Shown: positions 1 through 9,264 of the stretch, piece after piece
Position numbering within the stretch: the stretch's first letter is position 1
Layout: every line of letters begins with the position of its first letter
DNA from: Syntrophorhabdaceae bacterium
GTDB taxonomy: Bacteria > Desulfobacterota > Syntrophorhabdia > Syntrophorhabdales > Syntrophorhabdaceae
Direction of reading: 5' to 3'
DNA: 64,000 nt
Assembly: GCA_963666485.2 (NCBI GenBank)
Contig: CAXXUO010000002.1
Coordinates: 448,001-512,000, forward strand
Made by a program: the position numbers and the translations under genes
Notes under the pieces: generated by a model
The model's database searches: none
What the model was told of the DNA's origin: nothing
The model's input: the letters and a program-made list of their open reading frames with translations, nothing else

Positions 1-386
1 AGGAATCCCTTGATGTGGCCACCTTGTGTGCACCGGTAACAGGCGAAAATGAATACACCGACCCCAATACCGTGAAGGTCGTACTCGATAAGAGGGGCTT
101 TGCCCTGTATTTTTCACGGTCCCCTATCCCGTATCTGAGGGACGGCAATTTTAAGCTCATGCTTTATAAACATATCGGGATCTACGGGTTTGCAGGGCAA
201 TTCCTGAAACGATTCGTGTCACTGAAGAAAAGCCGGCTCGAGGAAGCGGAATCACTTGAGCAGTTGCGCATCCTCGAAAACGGGTACAGGATCAGGGTCC
301 TTACCACGCACTATGATGGTTTCGGGATAGATACGATGGAGGACCTTGAGCGGGCCCGGCTTGCCCTCGACCTCAAGGTTGTGTAA
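1..386 (+). CDS. kdsB: 3-deoxy-manno-octulosonate cytidylyltransferase (5' truncated by window edge)
   Basis: Motifs DPNTVKVV, ALYFSRSPIP, HIGIY, LEEAESLEQLRILENG. Confidence 0.93.
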   Translation, partial: ESLDVATLCAPVTGENEYTDPNTVKVVLDKRGFALYFSRSPIPYLRDGNFKLMLYKHIGIYGFAGQFLKRFVSLKKSRLEEAESLEQLRILENGYRIRVLTTHYDGFGIDTMEDLERARLALDLKVV

Positions 387-391
387 AGCTT

Positions 392-2494
392 TTACAGTGT
401 CAAGAATTCAGTGATAGAAGATATGTCCTCAGATTGACCCTCTGGTTTGCTATCCCCAGTTTTCTCCTGATGTTGTCCCGGTGGGAATGTATGGGGGGCG
501 CTGGGCGCAACACCCATAAGGTCCGCGATCTCTTTTGTCGATTTACCATCACGTATATATGATGCCACCTGGATCTCCTTGGGTGTAAAATCGAAGCGGT
601 CTATTCTGTTCAGGAATGGCGACATTATCTGGCTCAGGTTTATCAGGGCGATGTCGAGGCTGGCCATCGCCTGTTCATCGGTATGGCGCTTTTTGACATG
701 TTCAATATGGGGCAGGACCAAACGCTTTATATTGGAGACGAATGTATTCTCGAGTTCATGGCGGCTCTCTTCGATCTGCCTCAACAGGACCCTCAGGGCC
801 GTGTTTGTCTCTTCGAGAACCTTCGATTTGTTCAATAAGGCCCGGTCGTTCTCCTGGAGCATATCGAGGAATTTCTTTCTTTCGGTAATATCGCTGCCGC
901 TGCCCCGGTAGCCCCGTAAATTGCCGTCCGCGCTAAAAAAAGGTTGTCCGCTGATCTCGACGTAGACCGTATGGCCATCCTTATGGATACACCTCCTTTC
1001 GATCAGCGTGAATGACTCTTTCTTCTCCATCCTCTCCTTCAATTGAGAGAGTATTCGTTCTATCTCATCAGGATGCATGATATCGAGGGGGCTCCTGCCG
1101 AGCAATTCCTCGGGAGCATATCCCAGTACGTCATGCACCCGGTGACTTATGAAGGTAAGGATGTTATCGGCGTCTACTTCCCATATCCATTCTTTTACCG
1201 AACTAATGAGGGCGAGGTATTGTTCCTCCTTTTCTCTTCGCCTGGCCATCTCCCGTCGAAGTTCTTCCGTGCGTTCTTCCACAAGTTTTTCAAGGTGGTC
1301 GCGATGGGACTTGAGTTCTTCCTCCATTTTTTTACGATCGGCTATGTCCTGCACGACGGCGACTATATAATCTATCTCTTTATCCTGGCACCGCACACAA
1401 CCCACGGTAACGTGCGCCCACAGTATACTCCCATCCTTGCGGATAAACCGCTTATCCATCGAATAGCTGCTGATATCGCCGGCAAGAAGATGTTTGAATT
1501 GTTCGAGGTTGGCCGCGATATCATCGGGATGGGTCATCTCAAGCCATGTCATGCGCAACAATTCTTCGTGGGAATACCCCAACATGCTGCACATGTAATC
1601 GTTGACCTCGATCCAGGTTTTATCCGGGGATGATACGGCGCGGCCCTGGGGGGGAAGCTCAAAATAACTGCGAAAACGGGCCTCACTTTTCAGAAGGCGA
1701 TCTTCCGCTGCCTTCTTACCCGTTATGTCGCGAACGCTTGTACGGTATCCCAGGTTTTCGCCCCGATCGTCGAACATGGGCTGGTACGATACCGTTTCCC
1801 ACTTGAGGCTCCCATCCTTACACTGCATCCTGAACTCTACATCACCGGGCGTTTCCCCTCGTAATGCGGCGGCCCGCGCACGCTCTATCTTCGGCCTGTC
1901 GGCCTCGTCGATAAGGCATAAAGGCGCATCGGGTAACGCCATGTATTCTTCCCTCGTATACCCCGTCAGTCTGAACACGGCAGCATTCGTCCATAGTGTC
2001 TTCTTGTCCGGGCCTACCCAGTTTTCCCAGTTATACGCGTACTCGGAGATAGAGCGGAATTTTTCCTCGTTCCGTTTTAGCATCAACATGGCCTGGCATT
2101 TTTCCGTAACGTCCTCGATAATTCCGTCAAAGATGACGGATGACTCGGTTTTGACCGGCTCCGAGCGTACCCCGAACCAGATTACCTCTCCGCCGGGCTT
2201 TCTCAATTTTCCCTCGTATCGCCATTCTTCGATTTTGCGGATGGCCCTGTTGACCGAGGAATAAAACCCGCGACGGTATTCAGGCAAAAGAAGGTCGTGG
2301 AAGCGCTCAATATATCCATCAATATCAGGTTTGAGGCCCAGGATCTCTTCTGATCGTCTGCTTACATAGATAAGGCCCGGTTTGCCGTCATGTACGGAAA
2401 ACCTGAAAACCACTGCCGGGATGCCCAACACGACATCATGTAACAGGTCTTTTGTGCACATAGACCGAAACCCCCGGGGATTTGGGAAAAGCAT
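392..2494 (-). CDS. Multi-PAS sensor with C-terminal LuxR-type HTH; HTH frameshifted at the G6 run at 493-498
   Basis: Four PAS/PAC repeats then FTPKEIQVASYIRDGKSTKEIADLMG; the conserved HTH tail (IHSHRDNIRRKLGI...NLRTYLLS) continues in another frame to a stop at 400-402. Confidence 0.85.
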   Translation of the reverse strand: MLFPNPRGFRSMCTKDLLHDVVLGIPAVVFRFSVHDGKPGLIYVSRRSEEILGLKPDIDGYIERFHDLLLPEYRRGFYSSVNRAIRKIEEWRYEGKLRKPGGEVIWFGVRSEPVKTESSVIFDGIIEDVTEKCQAMLMLKRNEEKFRSISEYAYNWENWVGPDKKTLWTNAAVFRLTGYTREEYMALPDAPLCLIDEADRPKIERARAAALRGETPGDVEFRMQCKDGSLKWETVSYQPMFDDRGENLGYRTSVRDITGKKAAEDRLLKSEARFRSYFELPPQGRAVSSPDKTWIEVNDYMCSMLGYSHEELLRMTWLEMTHPDDIAANLEQFKHLLAGDISSYSMDKRFIRKDGSILWAHVTVGCVRCQDKEIDYIVAVVQDIADRKKMEEELKSHRDHLEKLVEERTEELRREMARRREKEEQYLALISSVKEWIWEVDADNILTFISHRVHDVLGYAPEELLGRSPLDIMHPDEIERILSQLKERMEKKESFTLIERRCIHKDGHTVYVEISGQPFFSADGNLRGYRGSGSDITERKKFLDMLQENDRALLNKSKVLEETNTALRVLLRQIEESRHELENTFVSNIKRLVLPHIEHVKKRHTDEQAMASLDIALINLSQIMSPFLNRIDRFDFTPKEIQVASYIRDGKSTKEIADLMGVAPSAPHTFPPGQHQEKTGDSKPEGQSEDISSITEFLTL

Positions 2495-2874
2495 TATAGG
2501 GATGCCCGATAACTACCTTACCATAATATTCCCACATTAAATTGCGGAATTAATGCTGTGTTATTATGGTAACTTTTACCACAATATTCGGAGATTTGAA
2601 CATATTGAAGGATATGTGTATGCATCAGGTGGGGTGCAGGAAAAGTAAATCCGGGGTTTATGCTCCTGCACCCCGGGGAAGAGATGAGACATTTATCAAT
2701 ACAGACTGCTCCCGATATTATCACCGAAATGCCGGGAATGCACTACGGAAACATTAGGGTTTTAATGCGGTTTCCATTACCACATCGGACAGTTTTGCAT
2801 TATCGAGATCGAATGACAGCGTCACGGCCGCTCCACCCCGATCACGGCATATACACAGGTGCTCTACGGGCAAC

Positions 2875-2907
2875 AAAAAAACGGCGCATTTTTGCGCCGT
2901 CTTTTTT
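2875..2907. terminator. Intrinsic terminator (bidirectional)
   Basis: A7-CGGCGCA-TTTT-TGCGCCG-TCTTTTTT hairpin just after the stop of 2922..3203. Confidence 0.8.
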
Positions 2908-2921
2908 CATTCAGATTGAGC

Positions 2922-3203
2922 CTATTTCTTCATCTGCTCGCGCTGCTGCTTGGCCTCCGCCTTAAACTTCTCCTGACAGGCCTTCAGCTCACCCGGGTTT
3001 TTGGCCGCCTGCACGCAGGTCTTCTCTTCCTGGTTGCGCGCTATGCGGGCATCGATACGGGCAAGCACGTTCGCCTTGTGTTTTTCAAAATCCTGCCCCT
3101 GCGCCTTGGCCGGCGGCGGCGTCGGTTCCGCCGCGATCGAGGCTGCAGCGAATACACCGGCAAGGAACATTACCAAAATGATCCTCACGAGAATGTGTTT
3201 CAT
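2922..3203 (-). CDS. Small exported alpha-helical hypothetical protein
   Basis: Signal peptide (MKHILVRIILVMFLAGVFAAASIAA), RBS GAAGGGGG, Cys pair, terminator downstream. Confidence 0.75.
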   Translation of the reverse strand: MKHILVRIILVMFLAGVFAAASIAAEPTPPPAKAQGQDFEKHKANVLARIDARIARNQEEKTCVQAAKNPGELKACQEKFKAEAKQQREQMKK

Positions 3204-3367
3204 TAAAACCCCCTTCTGCTATGATTTTTGTTGACTCTGTTTGGACGACTTCTCTCGAAGCCTCAGGAGCACCCCTATTGTCACTGGCAGCACACGCCCC
3301 GGTACCCTGATCTGACCCCGGAGATAACCACAACTACCCCTATGGTAATATAAATGAAGACTAAGAT

Positions 3368-3455
3368 TGGTGCCGGAGGCGGGGCTTGAACCCGCATGAC
3401 CGCGAGGGTCACCGGATTTTGAGTCCGGCGCGTCTGCCAGTTCCACCACTCCGGC
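3368..3455 (-). tRNA. tRNA-Leu(CAA)
   Basis: GCCGGAGTGGTGGAACTGGCAGACG...CCGGA-CTCAAAA-TCCGG, long variable arm, GGTTCAAG T-loop, encoded CCA. Confidence 0.96.
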
Positions 3456-3542
3456 GCGCGTAATATTAAAGGCTTTCTTGCCCTGCTTTGTCAACCCTTT
3501 CGTGCCGTGAAAATGATTAATTTACGATGCCGCGGCACCAAT

Positions 3543-3573
3543 AAAAAAGGGCCCCGAAAGGGGCCCCTTCTTT
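3543..3573. terminator. Intrinsic terminator after the porin gene
   Basis: AAAAAA-GGGCCCC-GAAA-GGGGCCC-CTTCTTT. Confidence 0.8.
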
Positions 3574-3589
3574 CCGTAAGGAATTGATC

Positions 3590-4897
3590 TTAGAAGAAAT
3601 ACCAGGCTGCGAACCTGTAAACGTCGCCGGTGCCTACGCGGTCATCGGTCACGCTAGGTGTAGATGCCAGGTTGTAGCCGGTGACCAGATGGGTCCACTG
3701 GAGCCCGAACCTGATCGCCTGGTTGGCGTCCCACAGCAGGTTGACTGAGTAGGTCTGGTTCATGTTGATGTTGTTGGGGAAAGCCATACGCTGATATTCG
3801 CTGGCGTTGTATTTCAGGTAGCCGTAAGCAAGGTTTGCCCAGAGCTTATCGGTGAACCAGAAGGACAACTGGGTGAAGAGGCCCCAGGCGGTCGGTGCCG
3901 CGGCGTCTCCATTCTCCATTCTCCAGTAGGAGCCTACGCTCGGGGTCGCTACCGGTGTCGGGACGTTGTTCCAGTTGTTGCCTGCGAAGTTCTGGCCGTA
4001 GAAGAAGTTACCGTTGAGAAGCATTGCGAACTGCTTGTTGCCCTGTTTTTCAGGGATGATCGGTACGCTGTACCTGAAAGCAAGCATCCAGGCGTTGACG
4101 GTATCATCGTAATACCCACCCGCACTCGATACGCCCGGGGCGGCATAGGTGGGAAGTCCGGCCACAGTCTGACCCGTGATCTTCTTTTCCTTGCCAAAGT
4201 AACCGCCAAAACCAAACTTCAGGTTGTTCGGGCCGATCTTGCCGCAGCGGTCGGTCCAGTACGCGAGCTCGGCCATGAAGCCCGGCCAGTTGCTCCTGGC
4301 ATAATCATCGGCCTGACGCGTAGGATTGGCACCTGACCACTCTGTGGCAGACTGGATACCGATCATGGCGTTAAACTCTTTCGTGAAGAAATACCTGAAG
4401 GCCATCTGAGGCATCCTGAGGCCTTTGAGGTAGGTCGACTCATCGTTGAAGCCGATCTCTGCGATATAGTAGGGCATACCCCACTGCTGCCAGTTCTGGC
4501 CCATCATCAATTCCGCTGAATCCCAGTTCAACGACATGAATGCATGCCTTAACTGGAAGCCGCCGTAGGAGTTTCCGGTCGATACGCCGCGGAAGTCACC
4601 TTCGACAAATGCGCTTGTCTTTGCTCCCCAGAGATCCGGGCCCTTGATGAGGAAATTAAGGCGGGTCTCACCAGCGGTCTGGAAGGTATTGCTGTAATCG
4701 TCAGCAAGCCAGCTGGTTCCTGAGGACGGTCTGCTGGCATAGTACATGTCAGCATTTGCATTCTGGGTGGTATAGCCCAGATCGTACTTCACAAAGCCGC
4801 CAAATGTTACATCATATCTGCTTGATACGCTGCCCGCATTGCTCAATGCCGGGATGACAAGGAACACAGCAAGCAAAACCAATACTAACTTCTTCAT
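3590..4897 (-). CDS. Outer-membrane porin, DcaP-like
   Basis: Signal peptide after RBS AAGGAGG; FGGFVKYD, TRLNF, FVEGDF, LRHAF, GQNW motifs; aromatic C-terminus AWYFF. An alternative GTG start at 4948 also has an SD. Confidence 0.8.
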   Translation of the reverse strand: MKKLVLVLLAVFLVIPALSNAGSVSSRYDVTFGGFVKYDLGYTTQNANADMYYASRPSSGTSWLADDYSNTFQTAGETRLNFLIKGPDLWGAKTSAFVEGDFRGVSTGNSYGGFQLRHAFMSLNWDSAELMMGQNWQQWGMPYYIAEIGFNDESTYLKGLRMPQMAFRYFFTKEFNAMIGIQSATEWSGANPTRQADDYARSNWPGFMAELAYWTDRCGKIGPNNLKFGFGGYFGKEKKITGQTVAGLPTYAAPGVSSAGGYYDDTVNAWMLAFRYSVPIIPEKQGNKQFAMLLNGNFFYGQNFAGNNWNNVPTPVATPSVGSYWRMENGDAAAPTAWGLFTQLSFWFTDKLWANLAYGYLKYNASEYQRMAFPNNINMNQTYSVNLLWDANQAIRFGLQWTHLVTGYNLASTPSVTDDRVGTGDVYRFAAWYFF

Positions 4898-5286
4898 TCT
4901 TGCCTCCTTAGTAATATTTTTTGCATCTTTGAACATACTTGTCGTCACTCCACCTCCCTCTATTAACTTTTTTTAATTTTATATCAACCGGCCGGAAAAC
5001 TGTCAAGGGAAAAATTAATTATTTTTAATAAAAAATCCCCTTTATTTCTTCCGGCCCGACGCTCCAAGGACGACCTTCCCTTATCTTCCCGGGCCCACGC
5101 GTCACGAGATAACTGGTCATAGCGTCCCTATGTCTAATATAACACGTCCCGGCGGCGGTTTAATCGTCCGTTTGTGCTATACTTAATTGGATCAACTTTA
5201 AGGAGGGACTATGGAGCCGCAAGGACCCGGGCTGCAGAATCTTTGTCAGAAGCATGGAAGGACCATTAACAGGTGAAATACTGGCA

Positions 5287-5694
5287 ATGATAGCTTTCAG
5301 GGTCCTCGATCATGATGCCGATATCCGGATAGAGGTCTCCGGGACATCCCGGCAGGAACTCTTTGAAAATGCCGCGAAGGGTATGTTTTCGCTTCTGACA
5401 GACCCCTCTTTCGTCCAGCCCGTGATCGAGAAGGATATCATCGTCAAAGGCAACGGCGAACTGCTCGTCAATTTCCTCAATGAACTTCTTTATGTCTGGG
5501 ACGTCGAGCGGTTCATACCGGCCGAGGTCTCCGTGGATTTCACACCGGATGGAGCACATGCCGTTTTGAAAGGGGAAAACTTCGACGAGCAAAGGCATGC
5601 CATTCAGCTGGAGATGAAAGCTGTGACGTACCACAATTTTATGATGACCGAACAAAATGACCTCTACCGGGCAACCTTCGTTATCGATGTGTGA
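5287..5694 (+). CDS. Archease (RtcB activator)
   Basis: N-terminal [19 protein letters not shown]-terminal EMKAVTYH...FVIDV; directly upstream of rtcB. Confidence 0.92.
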   Translation: MIAFRVLDHDADIRIEVSGTSRQELFENAAKGMFSLLTDPSFVQPVIEKDIIVKGNGELLVNFLNELLYVWDVERFIPAEVSVDFTPDGAHAVLKGENFDEQRHAIQLEMKAVTYHNFMMTEQNDLYRATFVIDV

Positions 5695-5716
5695 TCCCGG
5701 TGATCATGGTGCGATT

Positions 5717-7165
5717 ATGAGCGAGATCGAAAAGCTTGAAAAGATTGACGACAACCGCTTTCTGATACGTAAGAGCGGGGCAATGCGCGTCGACGGGGTA
5801 ATTTATCTCGATGAAGGACTCCTTCAGGGCCTTGGCAACGACGAGAGCTTAAAGCAGGTGGAAAACGTCGCTACGCTTCCGGGCATTGTGAGGGCCTCGC
5901 TTGCCATGCCCGATATTCACTGGGGATACGGTTTTCCCATAGGGGGGGTCGCCGCCTTCGATAAGGACACCGGTATCATATCGCCCGGCGGCGTCGGCTA
6001 CGATATCAATTGAGGTGTGCGCCTTTTGCGCTCCGTGTTGAGCGTACAGGACGTCCGAAACAAGGTCCAGGATATCGTGGAAGGCTTTTTCCGCAACATT
6101 CCGAGCGGACTCGGGTCACGGCGGAAGGATGTCCGGCTTACATACAGCGAATTAAAAGCGGTGCTGAAAAAAGGTGCGCGCTGGGCGGTCTCCAACGGGT
6201 TCGGCACATCGTCGGATATCGAGCACATCGAGGACGGAGGATGTCTCGAAGATGCTGATCCTGACATGGTCTCCGATAAAGCGTACGACCGGGGCAAGGA
6301 CCAGCTGGGAACGGTCGGAAGCGGCAACCATTTTGTGGAGGTCGGGTACGTTGCGGAGATATTCGATCCCGGGATCGCATCGGACTTCGGGCTTTTTCCG
6401 GGGCAGGCCACGGTAATGATACACACGGGCTCGCGGGGGCTCGGATACCAGGTTTGCGATGAATCGATCCGGCACATGCTTTCTGCAGCCGCAAAATACG
6501 GGATCGACCTTGTTGACAGGCAATTATGCTGTGCGCCGCTTGGATCGCCGGAAGGCAGCCGTTATTTCTCGGCAATGGCGGCAGCCGCCAATTATGCCTT
6601 TGCGAATCGCCAGATGATAACGCATTGGGTACGCGAGACGTTCGAACAGGTATTTCGGGCGAGCGAGGCATCGCTCGGGCTGTCCCTTGTCTACGATGTG
6701 TGCCACAACATTGCCAAAAAAGAGAAGCACGTCGTTGAAGGTAAAGAAGTCAACCTCTGCGTGCATCGAAAGGGGGCCACACGCGCCTTCCCTCCCGGCC
6801 ACAGGCTTGTGCCGGAAAAGTACCGCAAAGCCGGGCAGCCCGTCCTCGTCCCCGGGGATATGGGGCGCGCCTCGTACGTTCTTGCCGGGACGCACCAGGC
6901 AATGGAGGAAACGTTCGGCAGCACGTGTCACGGGGCAGGAAGGGTAATGAGCAGGAACCAGGCGTTAAAGGCAGCTCGTGGACGATCGATCGCCGGAGAG
7001 ATGGAAAAGCGCGGCGTATACGTGCGGTCAGCCAGCAAAGCGACCCTCGCCGAGGAGATGCCAGAGGCATACAAGGATGTTTCGAAGGTGGTTGAGGTCG
7101 TTCATCGTGCCGGCATATCAAAACTCGTGGCGAAGATAGTGCCTCTTGGGGCCATAAAGGGCTAA
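5717..7165 (+). CDS. rtcB: RtcB RNA ligase (482 aa) with in-frame UGA at 6011-6013, predicted selenocysteine U99
   Basis: ORFs 5657..6013 and 6017..7165 share a frame; [29 protein letters not shown] (family DINCGVR), [40 protein letters not shown]. Confidence 0.92.
6019..6054 (+). promoter_or_regulatory. Bacterial SECIS-like hairpin in rtcB
   Basis: Stem TGCGCTC(6027-6033)/GAGCGTA(6040-6046), loop CGTGTT with G at position 2, lower CCT/AGG pairing; loop starts 20 nt after the UGA. Confidence 0.7.
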
Positions 7166-7170
7166 AAGAT

Positions 7171-7285
7171 GGTTCAAGGTAAAAGGTTCAAGGTTCAAGG
7201 TAAAAGACCCCCCCCTATAAGACGGTTAATAATCAGGTTCCTGAAGTCCGCTTTTTCTTTGAACTTTGAACATTGAACATTGAAC
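7171..7285. repeat. Inverted pair of heptamer tandem repeats (GGTTCAA-type ... TTGAACW-type)
   Basis: ggttcaaggtaaaaggttcaaggttcaagg at 7171-7200; ttgaactttgaacattgaacattgaac at 7259-7285. Confidence 0.8.
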
Positions 7286-7739
7286 TCTTTTCTATAATAA
7301 TGGTAATAAATTGAGCATGGCTGAAGAAAACGTAAAGGCAAAGGGGACGTCCTTAAGAAAGTAAGTAAAGGCAAAGGGGACGTCCTTAAGAAAGTAAGTA
7401 ACTTAAAATCACCCGGTCCAGAGATAAGAACGACAGGGCGGTCCGTTTAGTTGTTTGAGGAGTTTCTTACTTTCTTAAGGACGTCCCCCAAATTTTTCCG
7501 GAAGGTTTGACAATGAATGAGTGGCAGTTGATATCCCTCCGCGATTGGAGTGTCTTGCACTGAAACAATCTTAACCGGAAGACTGTGACTCTTCATTTAT
7601 GAGTCTGTAGTTGTCAACGCTTTACCTGACCAGTGCAAATCAGGTTTCTGAAGTCCGCTTTTTCTTTGAACTTTGAACATTGAACATTGAACTCTTTTCT
7701 ATAATAATGGTAATAAATTGAGCATGGCTGAAGAAAACG
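7231..7739 (+). repeat. 102-bp direct repeat (7231-7332 and 7638-7739) covering the cobO promoter and first 5 codons
   Basis: aatcaggtt[c/t]ctgaagtcc...tataat...atggctgaagaaaacg occurs twice, with 1 mismatch seen. Confidence 0.92.
7376..7488. mobile_element. MITE/REP-like 113-bp element with perfect 23-bp terminal inverted repeats; left end tandemly duplicated (33 bp)
   Basis: GGGGACGTCCTTAAGAAAGTAAG at 7343-7365 and 7376-7398, reverse complement at 7466-7488; no coding capacity. Confidence 0.65.
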
Positions 7740-8242
7740 GGCTTGTTATCGTCTTCACGGGGTCCGGGAAGGGAAAGACGAGTGCGGCGCTCGGGATTGC
7801 GCTGCGGGCGTCGGGACGCGGACTGAGGACGGTCATCGTTCAATTTCTGAAAAGTGCCGAAATGTCCGGGGAACAGCTCATCGGGAATCCGTTAATAGAG
7901 GTCCACGCCTTTGGGACGGGGTTCTTTAAACGGGGCGACGATCCGCAACCCCACATTGATACTGCAGCCCAAGGATGGAAGGTTGCCGAAGATATGATAC
8001 TGTCCGGTGGCCCGGACATTCTTGTCCTCGATGAGGTATCACATGCCGTCAATTTCGGTTTTTTACCTCTGGAGGCTGTATCGGGAGCAATACGGAGGAA
8101 AAAACCCGGTCTTCACGTCATCTTAACCGGAAGGGACATGCCGCAGGACCTTGTTGAAATTGCCGGCATCGCCACCGAAATGAAGGAAATTCGCCACATT
8201 TACACGTCAGGCCAACCGGCGGTAAAAGGGATAGACTATTAG
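7724..8242 (+). CDS. cobO: Cob(I)yrinic acid a,c-diamide adenosyltransferase (CobO/BtuR)
   Basis: GLVIVFTGSGKGKTSAALG, VQFLK, LVLDEV, ILTGR, terminal KGIDY. Confidence 0.92.
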   Translation: MAEENGLVIVFTGSGKGKTSAALGIALRASGRGLRTVIVQFLKSAEMSGEQLIGNPLIEVHAFGTGFFKRGDDPQPHIDTAAQGWKVAEDMILSGGPDILVLDEVSHAVNFGFLPLEAVSGAIRRKKPGLHVILTGRDMPQDLVEIAGIATEMKEIRHIYTSGQPAVKGIDY

Positions 8243-8332
8243 ATCGTAAGTCGTAAAGAGTTAAAGCAAAATCCAATTTATTTATGGATTTTTTTACACC
8301 TTACGGCTGACGACTTACGACTTGCGTTTCCC

Positions 8333-9202
8333 TCACCTTCTCGCCCAATAAACACTCGCAAAAATAATCACCCCGCCAATAAGCTGATAGATATTGAGGG
8401 TTTCCCCTGAAACGAAATACGCCGTTGCGGCGGCAGTGGCCGGGACGCAATACTGGTATATCATTGTCCTCGTCAGGCCAATTCTTGCCACGGCACGATA
8501 CCAGAGGAAGAAGGCAATAACGATCGAAAACACTATAGAAAAGACGATCACCATCCACCCTGTCAGCGAAAGGCGTGCCATCTCGCCCGGGTCAAAAAAG
8601 GCCGGGACAAAGAAGCCCAGGAGGATCGCCCCGGCAAGCATGCTGTATGCCGTTACCTTCAACGGAGAATGCTTTTCGAGGAGCGGTTTGGATAATATCG
8701 TATAGAGCGCCCAGGATAAGCTGGCGAAAAGGGCAAGCACAATTCCCCGGGTATCCGAAGCAATGAGGACCCTGAAATCGCCTCGTGTCATGAGAATGAA
8801 TACCCCGAAAAAACCGGCAATAATGGCCATCAGCCTCTTCTTCGCAAATCTCTCGTATCCCAGGAGGGCGCTCAGGAAGCCGCCGTAGATCGGCGACATA
8901 TTTATGAGGATGCCGACATTGACGGCCGATGTATATTTTAAGGCATACGTGAAAAGCAGCTGATACACGGTTATCCCGATGGCCCCGAGCAGTGCGAGCC
9001 GCCACACGTCCCGGTACGCCACCTTTACATCTTCAATAAAAAGGAGTAAAAGAAATAAAAGAACACTTCCCGTAATGAACCGGACCAGTATGACGTTGAC
9101 CGGTGAAAGACTGACGAGAAGGTACTTCACCGCCACGATGTTAGCGCCCCAGATGAGCGAGACGAAAAGAAGTGAGAAATCGGACAGGCGATCGCGTTCC
9201 AC
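8333..9202 (-). CDS. EamA/DMT family transporter
   Basis: About 10 TM segments, LIWG, RF, duplicated EamA halves. Confidence 0.88.
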   Translation of the reverse strand: MERDRLSDFSLLFVSLIWGANIVAVKYLLVSLSPVNVILVRFITGSVLLFLLLLFIEDVKVAYRDVWRLALLGAIGITVYQLLFTYALKYTSAVNVGILINMSPIYGGFLSALLGYERFAKKRLMAIIAGFFGVFILMTRGDFRVLIASDTRGIVLALFASLSWALYTILSKPLLEKHSPLKVTAYSMLAGAILLGFFVPAFFDPGEMARLSLTGWMVIVFSIVFSIVIAFFLWYRAVARIGLTRTMIYQYCVPATAAATAYFVSGETLNIYQLIGGVIIFASVYWARR

Positions 9203-9264
9203 GCACTATTCTTAAATGCCGCATTCCGCTTTGTCAATTTTTATTGGCGGAAGATTAAATCTTA

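Noticed and set aside
3230..3340. TPP-riboswitch-like GGGGTGC...CTGAG on the minus strand
   Set aside because: The downstream conserved ACCTGA...TAAT...GCGTAGG part is missing.
6011..6013. Alternative genetic code (UGA = Trp/Gly) as the explanation for in-frame UGAs
   Set aside because: Archease, lon, rpe and others end at UGA at their expected family C-termini, Trp is encoded by TGG, and both read-through UGAs align with Cys.
7333..7398. 33-bp tandem repeat as a mini-CRISPR
   Set aside because: The two copies are adjacent with no spacer, and the sequence matches the inverted end of the MITE-like element.
7490..7637. Cobalamin riboswitch upstream of cobO
   Set aside because: No recognisable AGGGAA, CCCC-GC-ACTG or B12-box pattern; an Rfam/Infernal scan would settle it.
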